Under the pieces are notes generated by a model. It made no database searches. It was not told where the DNA came from and worked only from the letters and a program-made list of their open reading frames with translations. A DNA stretch of 18,652 bases, from positions 1-18,652 of the forward strand of contig JBBISH010000121.1 of assembly GCA_037441385.1 (NCBI GenBank). The letters run 5' to 3'. Positions within the stretch are counted from its first letter, which is position 1, and each line of letters begins with the position of its first letter. The position numbers and the translations under genes were made by a program. Source of the stretch: Myxococcales bacterium. Its GTDB lineage: Bacteria; Myxococcota_A; UBA9042. Shown here piece after piece: positions 1-7,323 of this stretch.

Positions 1-103
1 GACCCCTCCTCTCCCACGCTTTGGGCGAGGGGCAATGCAATTTCCCTTTACTCCTCGCCCACTTCAGTGGGAGAGGGGTCGGCCGTAGGCCGGGGGTGAG
101 GGC
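1..103. repeat. REP/CIR-like palindromic doublet (REPIN-like), probably truncated by the window edge
   Basis: CCTCTCCCAC (8-17) is the reverse complement of GTGGGAGAGG (67-76); TGGGCGAGG (22-30) of CCTCGCCCA (53-61); GACCCCT (1-7) of AGGGGTC (74-80). These are followed by the hairpin GGCC-GTA-GGCC and GGGGGTGAGGG, matching the widespread CCCTCACCCC...CCCTCTCCC..GGGAGAGGG intergenic repeat type. Confidence 0.75.
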
Positions 104-323
104 CATTCGACATGGCGGCAGAGTAGGCAACCGGTAAGGCAGGCGATGCTGCGGGGGCTTCCGGCCTGCTCGGCCAGGCCTGCCGGCGGCGCGCGCCGGC
201 CACCTGATTGAGTGACCAGCTACCGCGCAGCGCAGTGGGATGCTCCGGTGGTGCAGGGCCTGCCAGCTGCGAAAGCCTGTTGCAGCGAGGCCTGCTGGCC
301 GTGAAGCGGATGGGCCGGGACGC

Positions 324-1850
324 CTACTTGCACTGCGCGCAGGTTGAGCCGACGCAGGTCTTGTCGGTGCCTTGGCCGGTCGCATCGCAGCAGTCGCCGT
401 TCTGCTTGCAGGCCGAGTCGCACCAGCAGCCCATAGGCGCCTGCTTGCCGCAGGCCGAGTCGCAGGGGTTGCCGCCACTGCCGCCGCCGCAATCGGCCGG
501 GCAGTTGCTGGCCGTCTCGCCGGACTCGCAAGCCCCGTTGCCGCACTGGGGGGTGGTGCCGCCCGAGCAACCGCTGCCATTGATGCACTGAGCCATCGCC
601 GAGAACAGGCTGGTGGCGGCCGAGCCCGCCGCGGAGGCGCAGCTCTGCGCACAAGTGTTGTTGCCGTTGCACTTGGCCACGCACTGGTACATGGTGCCGC
701 ACTTGGAGTCGCTCAGGCAGCTCATCACTGGGTCGGCGCAGGCGTTCATGACGCACACGGTCGCGGGGTCGCAGTCTTGGTTGCAGTTCGTGGTGTTTTC
801 GCCGGCCTCGCAAATCAGGTTGCCACACTGGGCGCTGCCGCCGCCGCAATCGCTGGGGCAGCTGCTCGCGGTTTCGCCGCTTTCGCAATTGCCGTTGCCA
901 CACACCGGCTTGGGCGTGGTGCAGGTCTTGCTTGAGGTGCAGGTGCCGCCGTTGCTGCAGGGGCCCGAGCACTTGCCGCCGCACGTGTCCGAATCACCGC
1001 AGTACTTGCCTGAGCAATCGGGCGTGCAGGTGGTTCCGCCGCAGTCGCTGGGGCAGTTCGACTTGCTCTCGCCCGACTCGCAGGTGCCGTTGCCGCACAC
1101 CGCCACGGTGGTCTTGCAGTCGCTCGGGCAGTTGCTGGCCGTCTCGCCCGACTCGCAGGTGCCGTTGCCGCACACGGTCTGATTGGGCGTCTTGCAGTCG
1201 CTGGGGCAAGTCGAGGTACTCTCGCCGCTATCGCACTTGCCGTTGCCGCACACGCTGGCGCTACCCAGGCAACCGGCTGAGTTGCCGCACGCGCCCACCG
1301 CCGAGAATAGCTGCATCGCCGTCTGGTCCGCCGTCTTGATGCAGGTCTGCGGATCGCAAGTGCCGCCACAGGCGACCATGCAGTCCAGGGTGCTCTTGCA
1401 GTTGGCGTTGGCGTTGCAGGCGCTCCACTGGCTGCTGCACTTGCTTTGCATGCACGACAGAATCGCCTGTACGTTCGCGTCGGTGCCGCCGCTGGTGGTG
1501 GTGTCGCTGCCGCCGCCCGTGGTGGTTGTGTCGGTGCCGCTGGTGGCATCGGTGCCGGTGTTCGTCGAAGTAGCCTTGCAGGCGGCCAGTTTGGTCGCAA
1601 CGTCCTCCTGGCAAGTGGTCGTCGACGGGCAATCCTGGTCTTTCTTCCAGGAGTTCGTGGTCCCGTCACAATGCATCACGGAATTGCCGTAGCAACCCTG
1701 ATTGACGGAGTTCTTGTCGCAGGTGCTGCCTTCGGCGCCGCCGATGCCGACGAAGCCACCACCACCACCACCGCCGCCGCCCGTGACGCAGGCCGACGCC
1801 AACAGGGCCAAAGCGGTGGGAACCACGTTGCGAGAAAAGCTGAAGTTCAC
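324..1850 (-). CDS. Secreted Cys-rich modular lipoprotein (508 aa) with six CGNGxCExGExxxxCPxDC repeats, two 10-Cys modules and a C-terminal somatomedin-B-like domain
   Basis: GTG at 1850 is preceded by GGAGGG. Signal peptide ends in the lipobox LASA-C, then Gly9 and a Thr/Gly linker. Cys repeats are visible in the translation; the C-terminus has CGKQAPMGCWCDSACKQNGDCCD. The ORF-track start at 2108 is over-extended. Confidence 0.88.
   Translation of the reverse strand: MNFSFSRNVVPTALALLASACVTGGGGGGGGGFVGIGGAEGSTCDKNSVNQGCYGNSVMHCDGTTNSWKKDQDCPSTTTCQEDVATKLAACKATSTNTGTDATSGTDTTTTGGGSDTTTSGGTDANVQAILSCMQSKCSSQWSACNANANCKSTLDCMVACGGTCDPQTCIKTADQTAMQLFSAVGACGNSAGCLGSASVCGNGKCDSGESTSTCPSDCKTPNQTVCGNGTCESGETASNCPSDCKTTVAVCGNGTCESGESKSNCPSDCGGTTCTPDCSGKYCGDSDTCGGKCSGPCSNGGTCTSSKTCTTPKPVCGNGNCESGETASSCPSDCGGGSAQCGNLICEAGENTTNCNQDCDPATVCVMNACADPVMSCLSDSKCGTMYQCVAKCNGNNTCAQSCASAAGSAATSLFSAMAQCINGSGCSGGTTPQCGNGACESGETASNCPADCGGGSGGNPCDSACGKQAPMGCWCDSACKQNGDCCDATGQGTDKTCVGSTCAQCK
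1067..1175. repeat. 34-bp exact direct repeat within the Cys-rich gene (75-bp period)
   Basis: TCTCGCCCGACTCGCAGGTGCCGTTGCCGCACAC occurs at 1067-1100 and 1142-1175 and encodes VCGNGTCESGE twice. Confidence 0.9.
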
Positions 1851-1938
1851 GGTGCCCTCCGTCGGGCAAATCGGCGCGCGCGCCACCTTGGTTGGAATGG
1901 TACTGGAGGCTCCGATGAGCCGGAGCCAAGGGCGCAAT

Positions 1939-1967
1939 AGAGTACGAAACACGCCCTTGGCGCGCAA
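1939..1967 (-). promoter_or_regulatory. Candidate sigma70-type promoter for the Cys-rich lipoprotein
   Basis: The minus strand reads TTGCGC-17 nt-TACTCT, about 90 nt upstream of the GTG start. Confidence 0.45.
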
Positions 1968-2152
1968 GGGGAAACTGCTATGGGAGCGGCGGCCAAACGC
2001 CGTGGGCGTGGCAAATCCAGTCGCGATTTCCTTGGGCAGCGCGGCGGGGCTTGCAACCGGCTCCAGGGTGCCGCAAAGTGCCGGCGGGGTCGCGGCCCTC
2101 GAGTCCAATCTTGCCGCGCCAGGAGTTGCTCGTGTCTATCAGGGTGCCCGCC

Positions 2153-3052
2153 ATGACCCGTTGCGCGCCGCCACGGTTGCTGTTTGTGCTGACGATGGCC
2201 GCGCTTGCATTGACGTCCAGGGCCTGGGCGCAGACTCCCGTCGATCCTGCGGCCGCAGCCAGCGACACGGCGGTGCACGAGGCCGGCCAAGTCGGCCAAA
2301 AGCATGCACCTTTGCGCGGCGCTCCCGCGGCCGCCGGCGCGGACCGCCAGCCTTGGATGGCCAAGATCGAGAGCAAGATCGCCTGCGTGTGCATCGAGAA
2401 CGGCGACCTGAAGATCGACCCGACGCGCTCGATCGCCCAGTCGGAATGCGGCTGCCCGCAGGCGGCGCGGGTGCGATCGGATCTGAACGACGCGTTGGCG
2501 AGCCTATCCACGGCCCAGTTGGCAGACAAGCGCACCGTCGCCGAGCAGTTGGAGGCAGCTTTTGTGCCGATGGCCGCCGAGTACGAGCGCGTCTTCCGCT
2601 ATCCGCAGGCCGATTTCGACTGGTGGATGGACAACGTGCGCTGCGTTTGCGACGGCTGTAAGCCAACGGTATTCTTTAGCAAGTGTCAGATTACCTGCCA
2701 CCCCGCCATCACCTACAAGCTGCGCACGCGCATCTTCTTTGCCATGGGCTTCTCGCGCGACGAGATGCTGGACTACTACCTGGCCGAGTACAATTCGGAC
2801 AAGTCCGCCCGCGATCAGCAAACGCGCGACTGGCTGCTGCCTCGCAAGCAGCGCGAACGCGGCTGGGTCGTGCCGGCGGTGGTGATGTTCGGCGTGCTGC
2901 TGAGCCTGGGACTGTCGGTGCGGCGCTGGGCGCGGCCCAAGAAAGGCAAAGAGCGAACCGATGGCGAGCCGGCCGCGGCGGAACCGGTGGTCGACGCCAA
3001 GGCACGCAACCGGTTGCTGGACGAAATGGACCGCGACGACGAGGGCTTTTGA
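2153..3052 (+). CDS. ccmH: CcmH/NrfF-like cytochrome c biogenesis thiol protein with two tandem Cys-containing domains
   Basis: Signal peptide ends in AWA-Q. Domain 1 is IACVC...ECGCPQAARVRSDL. Domain 2 is VRCVCDGC...CQITCH...GFSRDEMLDYYLAEY, followed by a WVVP transmembrane helix and RRW, as in CcmH. An alternative start GTG 2132 follows AGGAG. Confidence 0.68.
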   Translation: MTRCAPPRLLFVLTMAALALTSRAWAQTPVDPAAAASDTAVHEAGQVGQKHAPLRGAPAAAGADRQPWMAKIESKIACVCIENGDLKIDPTRSIAQSECGCPQAARVRSDLNDALASLSTAQLADKRTVAEQLEAAFVPMAAEYERVFRYPQADFDWWMDNVRCVCDGCKPTVFFSKCQITCHPAITYKLRTRIFFAMGFSRDEMLDYYLAEYNSDKSARDQQTRDWLLPRKQRERGWVVPAVVMFGVLLSLGLSVRRWARPKKGKERTDGEPAAAEPVVDAKARNRLLDEMDRDDEGF

Positions 3053-4053
3053 GCACGGCCTGGCTGACGCGCGCGCGCAAGCGGGCCGGCGGCGTGGCGG
3101 TCGACGGCTTTTTCCGCGGCCTGGCCAGCTTGGGCCAGTTGCACCCGCTGTCCCGGCCCGATCGGCACGGCGTAGAGGTGTTGCGCAACCTCCCGTATCA
3201 AGCCGGCGGCCAGAGCGAGCACCTATTGGACGTCTACCGGCCCATGCCCGGCCGCGGACCTGCGCCGGGCAAGCGCCCAGCCATGTTGTACATTCACGGC
3301 GGTGGGTTTCGCATCCTATCCAAAGACACCCACTGGGTGATGGGCCTTGGCTTTGCCCGTCGCGGTTTCGTGGTGTTCAACATCAATTACCGCTTGGCCC
3401 CGCGCCACCCATTTCCGGCGGCCATGGACGATGTGGCGGCGGCGCTCCGGTGGCTGGAGGAGCACGCGGCTGAGTACGGGGCGGACTTGGAACAGCTGGT
3501 CATTGCGGGCGAATCAGCCGGCGCCAACCTGGCGACCACGCTGACTCTGGCGACTTGCTTTGCCCGCAACGAGCCTTTTGCCCAGACCGCGTTTGCCGTC
3601 GGTCGTGTGCCCAAGGCCGTGCTGCCGATGTGCGGTATCCTGCAAGTCACGGACCCAGAACGCTTTCGTCGCCGGCGACCCAAGCGGATCGGCAACTTTG
3701 TCCAAGACCGGGTGAACGAGGTCAGCGTGGGCTACTTGGGGCCGCACCGGCTGCAACCGGGCCCCGCTTGGCACCTGGCCGATCCGTTGCTGCTTCTGGA
3801 AAGCGCGGACCAGCCTGTGCGGCCGCTGCCCCCGTTCTTTGCCGGCGTGGGCACTGCGGACGTGCTGTTGGACGACACACGCCGCCTCCATAGCGCGCTC
3901 GCTGCCCGCGACGTGCACTGCGAAGTTCGCTACTACCCCAAGCAAGTTCACGCCTTCCACGCCATGGCCTTTTTGCCTGAGGCGCGCGCGGCCTGGCTGC
4001 ACCAGATCGACTTCCTCGAGCGGGTCCTGCAGCGGCCACTTCCTGCGGTCTAG
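3049..4053 (+). CDS. Alpha/beta hydrolase, HSL/family IV esterase-lipase
   Basis: Motifs LDVYRP, HGGG, NYRLAP, GESAG (nucleophile Ser), D in GTADVLLDD and HAF. The TTG start overlaps the upstream TGA (TTGA). Confidence 0.92.
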   Translation: MSTAWLTRARKRAGGVAVDGFFRGLASLGQLHPLSRPDRHGVEVLRNLPYQAGGQSEHLLDVYRPMPGRGPAPGKRPAMLYIHGGGFRILSKDTHWVMGLGFARRGFVVFNINYRLAPRHPFPAAMDDVAAALRWLEEHAAEYGADLEQLVIAGESAGANLATTLTLATCFARNEPFAQTAFAVGRVPKAVLPMCGILQVTDPERFRRRRPKRIGNFVQDRVNEVSVGYLGPHRLQPGPAWHLADPLLLLESADQPVRPLPPFFAGVGTADVLLDDTRRLHSALAARDVHCEVRYYPKQVHAFHAMAFLPEARAAWLHQIDFLERVLQRPLPAV

Positions 4054-4252
4054 GAGCGTGTCGGGATAATCCCGGCACAATCCTAGCGCCGCGTCTTGCG
4101 CGGCGGCAACTGGCTGAAATCGCACGAATTCACTCCGGGCGATTTTCGGCCAGTTGGACAAACGAAATAGGCTAGGAGACTGGCGGCACCCAATAAGATC
4201 ATAATGTATAACTAAATGGACATGTCGTGTCGCCCATTTTGCCGACAGGCTC
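4054..4252. mobile_element. Non-autonomous MITE-like element (IS5-like ends) with CTAG target duplication
   Basis: Left end GAGCGTGTCGGGATAAT versus reverse-complemented right end GAGCCTGTCGGCAAAAT match at 14/17 positions. CTAG lies directly outside both ends (4050-4053, 4253-4256). It is AT-richer than the flanks and has no convincing ORF. Confidence 0.7.
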
Positions 4253-4256
4253 CTAG

Positions 4257-4308
4257 CCCAACCGCCCGCACCGCGTGGTGGGCCCGGCGCGTCGGCGGTT
4301 GGGGTTTT
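4257..4308 (+). terminator. Hairpin/terminator between the convergent esterase and rhomboid genes
   Basis: CCCAACCGCC (4257-4266) pairs with GGCGGTTGGG (4294-4303), followed by GTTTT; the loop is large. Confidence 0.5.
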
Positions 4309-4334
4309 CTGGAGAGCAAGGTGTGGAGTGAGTA

Positions 4335-5588
4335 CTACACAGGCAACATGCCCAGCACCCAGCGATACAACAACCCCAGCACCGCCAGGGAGGCGCCCAG
4401 GATGGCCAGACGGGCGGGAAAGGGCGGCTGCGGCGCGGGCGGCAGTTCGCGCGACAGGGCCGCACCGGTCAGAACGCCGACCGCCAACCCACCCAAGTGA
4501 CAGGCGTTGTCGACCACGGCCATCGACAGACCCAAGGCCACATTGACGATCGTAAAGAACAGGCCACTGCGGATCAACTGCTGGTAGACCTGCCGGGGCA
4601 CGGCGTCGCGGCGAGCCAACGCAAAGCCCAACGTGGCGCCCATCACCCCGAATACCGCCCCGGAAGCGCCGACGCTGATGGCTCCCGGAGCCGTCAGGCC
4701 GTGCCAGCCCAGCGACGCGATCGAGCCGCCGAGCGCCGACAGGAAGTAGACAAATGTATAGTTCAGCGAACCGAACAGGCGCTCGGCCGTGTCGCCAATC
4801 TGCCGCAGCACCAGCAGGTTCATGGCGATATGCACCAAATTTCCGTGCAAGAACGCCGCTGTCAGCAATCGCCAAGACGTGGCTGGTCCGTCGGCCAGAT
4901 TGGGCGCGTTGCCGCCCCACGCGGCCAACTGGTCCAACGGAAAGCCGCCGATCACGACCTCGACCAGCGACGGCGCCCCCCCGCGTCGGCCCCCATATTG
5001 CCCCGCTGCAAGCAGCATCGCGCCGTAGATCAAAACATTCAGGCCAATGATCGCCTTGGTGACGGGCAGCCCTGGCGCGGTGCGCCGCAGCCGTTCGACA
5101 AACACGGCCGGATCGCGCGGGTCGCCCAGGGCGGCCAAGTGCTCCAACGGGTTGACGACCTCGATCTCGCTGCGGATCGCTGGCTCGACCAGTACCGCAA
5201 GGGTATCAGCGGCGCTAGTGCCCAAGATTTTGGGCGGTTGGGCGCTGCACATGGCAAGTTCGACGCCGTACTCGCGCGCCGTGCTCGCCAGCCAGCGCGG
5301 GGAATCCAGCGGATGGTCCGAGGTCAGCACCACCACGTTCGGCAGCTCGGCTAGTTCCGCTTGGCGCTGCAGCCACACTTGAAAGTAGCTCGGCGCAGGC
5401 GCGTCCCAAGGCGTCACCAGCCAAAGACCGGGCGGAACCGGCCGTCCGGCGGGCACTTGCAGCAGCACGGGCACCAGCTTCCAGTTGTCTTCAGTGACGG
5501 GCCGCACATGGCGAGCGCCGTGGAAGACCAGGAACTGCTGCACCAGGGCGGAAAGGTCGCTTGCATCGTTGGGCCACGGGTTCGCCAT
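4335..5588 (-). CDS. Rhomboid family intramembrane serine protease with a long soluble N-terminal extension (417 aa)
   Basis: Motifs WRLLT, FLHGNLVHIAMN, catalytic GASG and DNACHLGG, with several transmembrane segments. ATG at 5588. Confidence 0.93.
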   Translation of the reverse strand: MANPWPNDASDLSALVQQFLVFHGARHVRPVTEDNWKLVPVLLQVPAGRPVPPGLWLVTPWDAPAPSYFQVWLQRQAELAELPNVVVLTSDHPLDSPRWLASTAREYGVELAMCSAQPPKILGTSAADTLAVLVEPAIRSEIEVVNPLEHLAALGDPRDPAVFVERLRRTAPGLPVTKAIIGLNVLIYGAMLLAAGQYGGRRGGAPSLVEVVIGGFPLDQLAAWGGNAPNLADGPATSWRLLTAAFLHGNLVHIAMNLLVLRQIGDTAERLFGSLNYTFVYFLSALGGSIASLGWHGLTAPGAISVGASGAVFGVMGATLGFALARRDAVPRQVYQQLIRSGLFFTIVNVALGLSMAVVDNACHLGGLAVGVLTGAALSRELPPAPQPPFPARLAILGASLAVLGLLYRWVLGMLPV

Positions 5589-5594
5589 GCGGCC

Positions 5595-5676
5595 AAGATA
5601 GCATCGTCGCCGCGGACGCGGAAATGGCAGAGGGCTGTGCCGGGGCCGCGCAAAATTCGGCAAATCGCGCTATCTT
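5595..5676. promoter_or_regulatory. Back-to-back -10 elements (GCTATCTT on both strands) in the divergent intergenic region
   Basis: The minus strand has TGcTATCTT at 5603-5595, ending 6 nt before the rhomboid ATG. The plus strand has GCTATCTT at 5669-5676. Confidence 0.45.
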
Positions 5677-5709
5677 AGGGCCGCCGGGAGGTTCCCGCTC
5701 GGTGCCGTG

Positions 5710-6198
5710 ATGATGGATCCGTTCGCTCGTAAATCGTTGCTGTTGCTGAGCTTTGTCGTCGCCACGGCCGCAGGCTGCGGCAGTTCGGCCGGCTACGTGG
5801 TCCAGGACAAACCAGCCGAGGCGCCCAAGCCGGTGGCCGAGACGGCAAAGATTCCAGACGCCTACGGCGACCATCGCGGCGAGCACGCCAAGGCGGGGCT
5901 GCGCTTCCGTCTGGCCGCCAAACCGATCGCGGTCGACGGACCCAACCTGGTGATCGAGCTGGTCAAAGTCGACTGGCAAACCCTGACGGCCCCCAGCGGC
6001 AAAGAGATGCGCGAGGCCTCGGCCAGCTTGGTCTTGCACCGCGGCCAAGACCAGCGCCAGGTCATCATCCCGCAAAAGGACGAAAAGACCGCGATGGGCG
6101 CGCGCATCCAGGTGCTCGATGCCGGCGAGGACTACAACCGCCAACGCCTGACGTACGAGCCGTGGGTCGACCTGCAAGTCGACGCCGCCGCCGAATAG
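5710..6198 (+). CDS. Hypothetical lipoprotein
   Basis: Signal peptide RKSLLLLSFVVATAAG-C with lipobox, beta-rich body and GC3-biased codons. The start could be 5707, 5710 or 5713. Confidence 0.8.
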   Translation: MMDPFARKSLLLLSFVVATAAGCGSSAGYVVQDKPAEAPKPVAETAKIPDAYGDHRGEHAKAGLRFRLAAKPIAVDGPNLVIELVKVDWQTLTAPSGKEMREASASLVLHRGQDQRQVIIPQKDEKTAMGARIQVLDAGEDYNRQRLTYEPWVDLQVDAAAE

Positions 6199-6252
6199 AG
6201 CCGCCCTGACCTGTGTTTGTGAGGTCGCGCCCTGCGACCGCTGAGGAGACGT

Positions 6253-7308
6253 ATGACCTTGCCTGCGCGCCCCCGTTCGTTGTCCGGCATCAAACCCACT
6301 GGCCAGCCGCACTGGGGCAACTATTTTGGAATGATTCAACCGGCTTTGAGGCTGGCTGACGACCACGACGCCATGTATTTCATCGCCGATCTGCACGCGC
6401 TGACCTCGGTGCGCGATCGCGAAGCCATGCGGCGCGACTCCCTGGGCATCGCCGCGACGATGCTGGCGGCCGGCCTGGACCCGCAGAAGACCATCCTGTG
6501 GCGGCAAAGCGACGTGCCCGAAGTGCTTGAGTTGACGTGGTTGCTGGGCTGCGTGACCAGCTTGGGTCTGCTGGAACGCGCGCACTCGGTCAAGGATGCG
6601 CGCGCCAAGCAAAAGGACCTGAATTGGGGCACCTACTCGTACCCGGTGCTGATGGCGGCCGACATCCTGGCCTTTGACTCGGACGTCGTGCCCGTGGGCA
6701 AGGACCAACTGCAGCACGTGGAGATGGCGCGCGACATGGCCACCTTCTTCAACGTGGCGTTCATGGGTCACAAGGCCGGCGGCACGGTGGACGAGAAGGC
6801 GCCCTGGGATGGCGCCAGCCTGAAGCGGCCGCTGGCGCTGATCCAGGAGCAGACGGCGATCGTTCCGGGGCTGGATGGGCGCAAGATGTCCAAATCGTAC
6901 GACAACTACATCCCGATCTTCGCTACACAAAAGGAGTTGAAGAAGGCAGTGATGGCGATCGTCACCGACGGCAAGACGCTGGAGGAGCCCAAGGATCCGG
7001 ACACCTGCAACGTGTTCGCCCTCTACAAGCTCTTCGCCACCAGAGAGCAGCAGGCCGAGTTGGCGGCCAAGTACCGCGCCGGCAACTTTGGCTACGGCCA
7101 CGCCAAGCTGGCGCTCGTGGAAGTCGCCGAAGCCCATTTTGGGCCGCGCCGGGCGCGCTACCAAGAGTTGATGGCCAATCCCAACGAGTTGGAGGCGATC
7201 TTGGACGACGGCGCCCGGCGGGCCCGCAACCTGGCCCGGCCGGTGCTGGCGCGCGTGCGGGCGGCGGTGGGCCTGCCCGAGCACCCGTATGCGGACTACA
7301 ACCCCTAG
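6253..7308 (+). CDS. trpS: Tryptophan--tRNA ligase
   Basis: SGIKPTGQPHWGNY (HIGH-like), IADLHALT, YPVLMAADIL, VPVGKDQLQH and KMSKS; RBS GAGGAG. Confidence 0.97.
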   Translation: MTLPARPRSLSGIKPTGQPHWGNYFGMIQPALRLADDHDAMYFIADLHALTSVRDREAMRRDSLGIAATMLAAGLDPQKTILWRQSDVPEVLELTWLLGCVTSLGLLERAHSVKDARAKQKDLNWGTYSYPVLMAADILAFDSDVVPVGKDQLQHVEMARDMATFFNVAFMGHKAGGTVDEKAPWDGASLKRPLALIQEQTAIVPGLDGRKMSKSYDNYIPIFATQKELKKAVMAIVTDGKTLEEPKDPDTCNVFALYKLFATREQQAELAAKYRAGNFGYGHAKLALVEVAEAHFGPRRARYQELMANPNELEAILDDGARRARNLARPVLARVRAAVGLPEHPYADYNP

Positions 7309-7323
7309 CCGATCAGGACCTTC

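Noticed and set aside
1040..1255. CRISPR-like spaced repeats with about 75-bp period
   Set aside because: They are in-frame coding repeats with similar intervening sequence, and there are no cas genes.
1756..1782. Trinucleotide run as a phase-variation switch
   Set aside because: It encodes in-frame poly-Gly, so slippage would change linker length only.
208..1940. Many + strand and alternate-frame ORFs over the Cys-rich gene
   Set aside because: They are shadow ORFs of a repetitive GC-rich gene; the minus frame has the RBS, lipobox and coherent domains.
4054..4308. Relocated 6S RNA
   Set aside because: The region folds as several short hairpins rather than one long rod with a central bubble; inverted ends plus CTAG duplication explain it better.
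4216..4500. 94-aa ORF starting inside the MITE-like element
   Set aside because: It has no RBS or recognisable motif and overlaps the rhomboid 3' end antisense; it is not a transposase.
5491..7284. 597-aa minus-strand ORF
   Set aside because: It is antisense to trpS and the lipoprotein gene, which is typical of high-GC codon bias.
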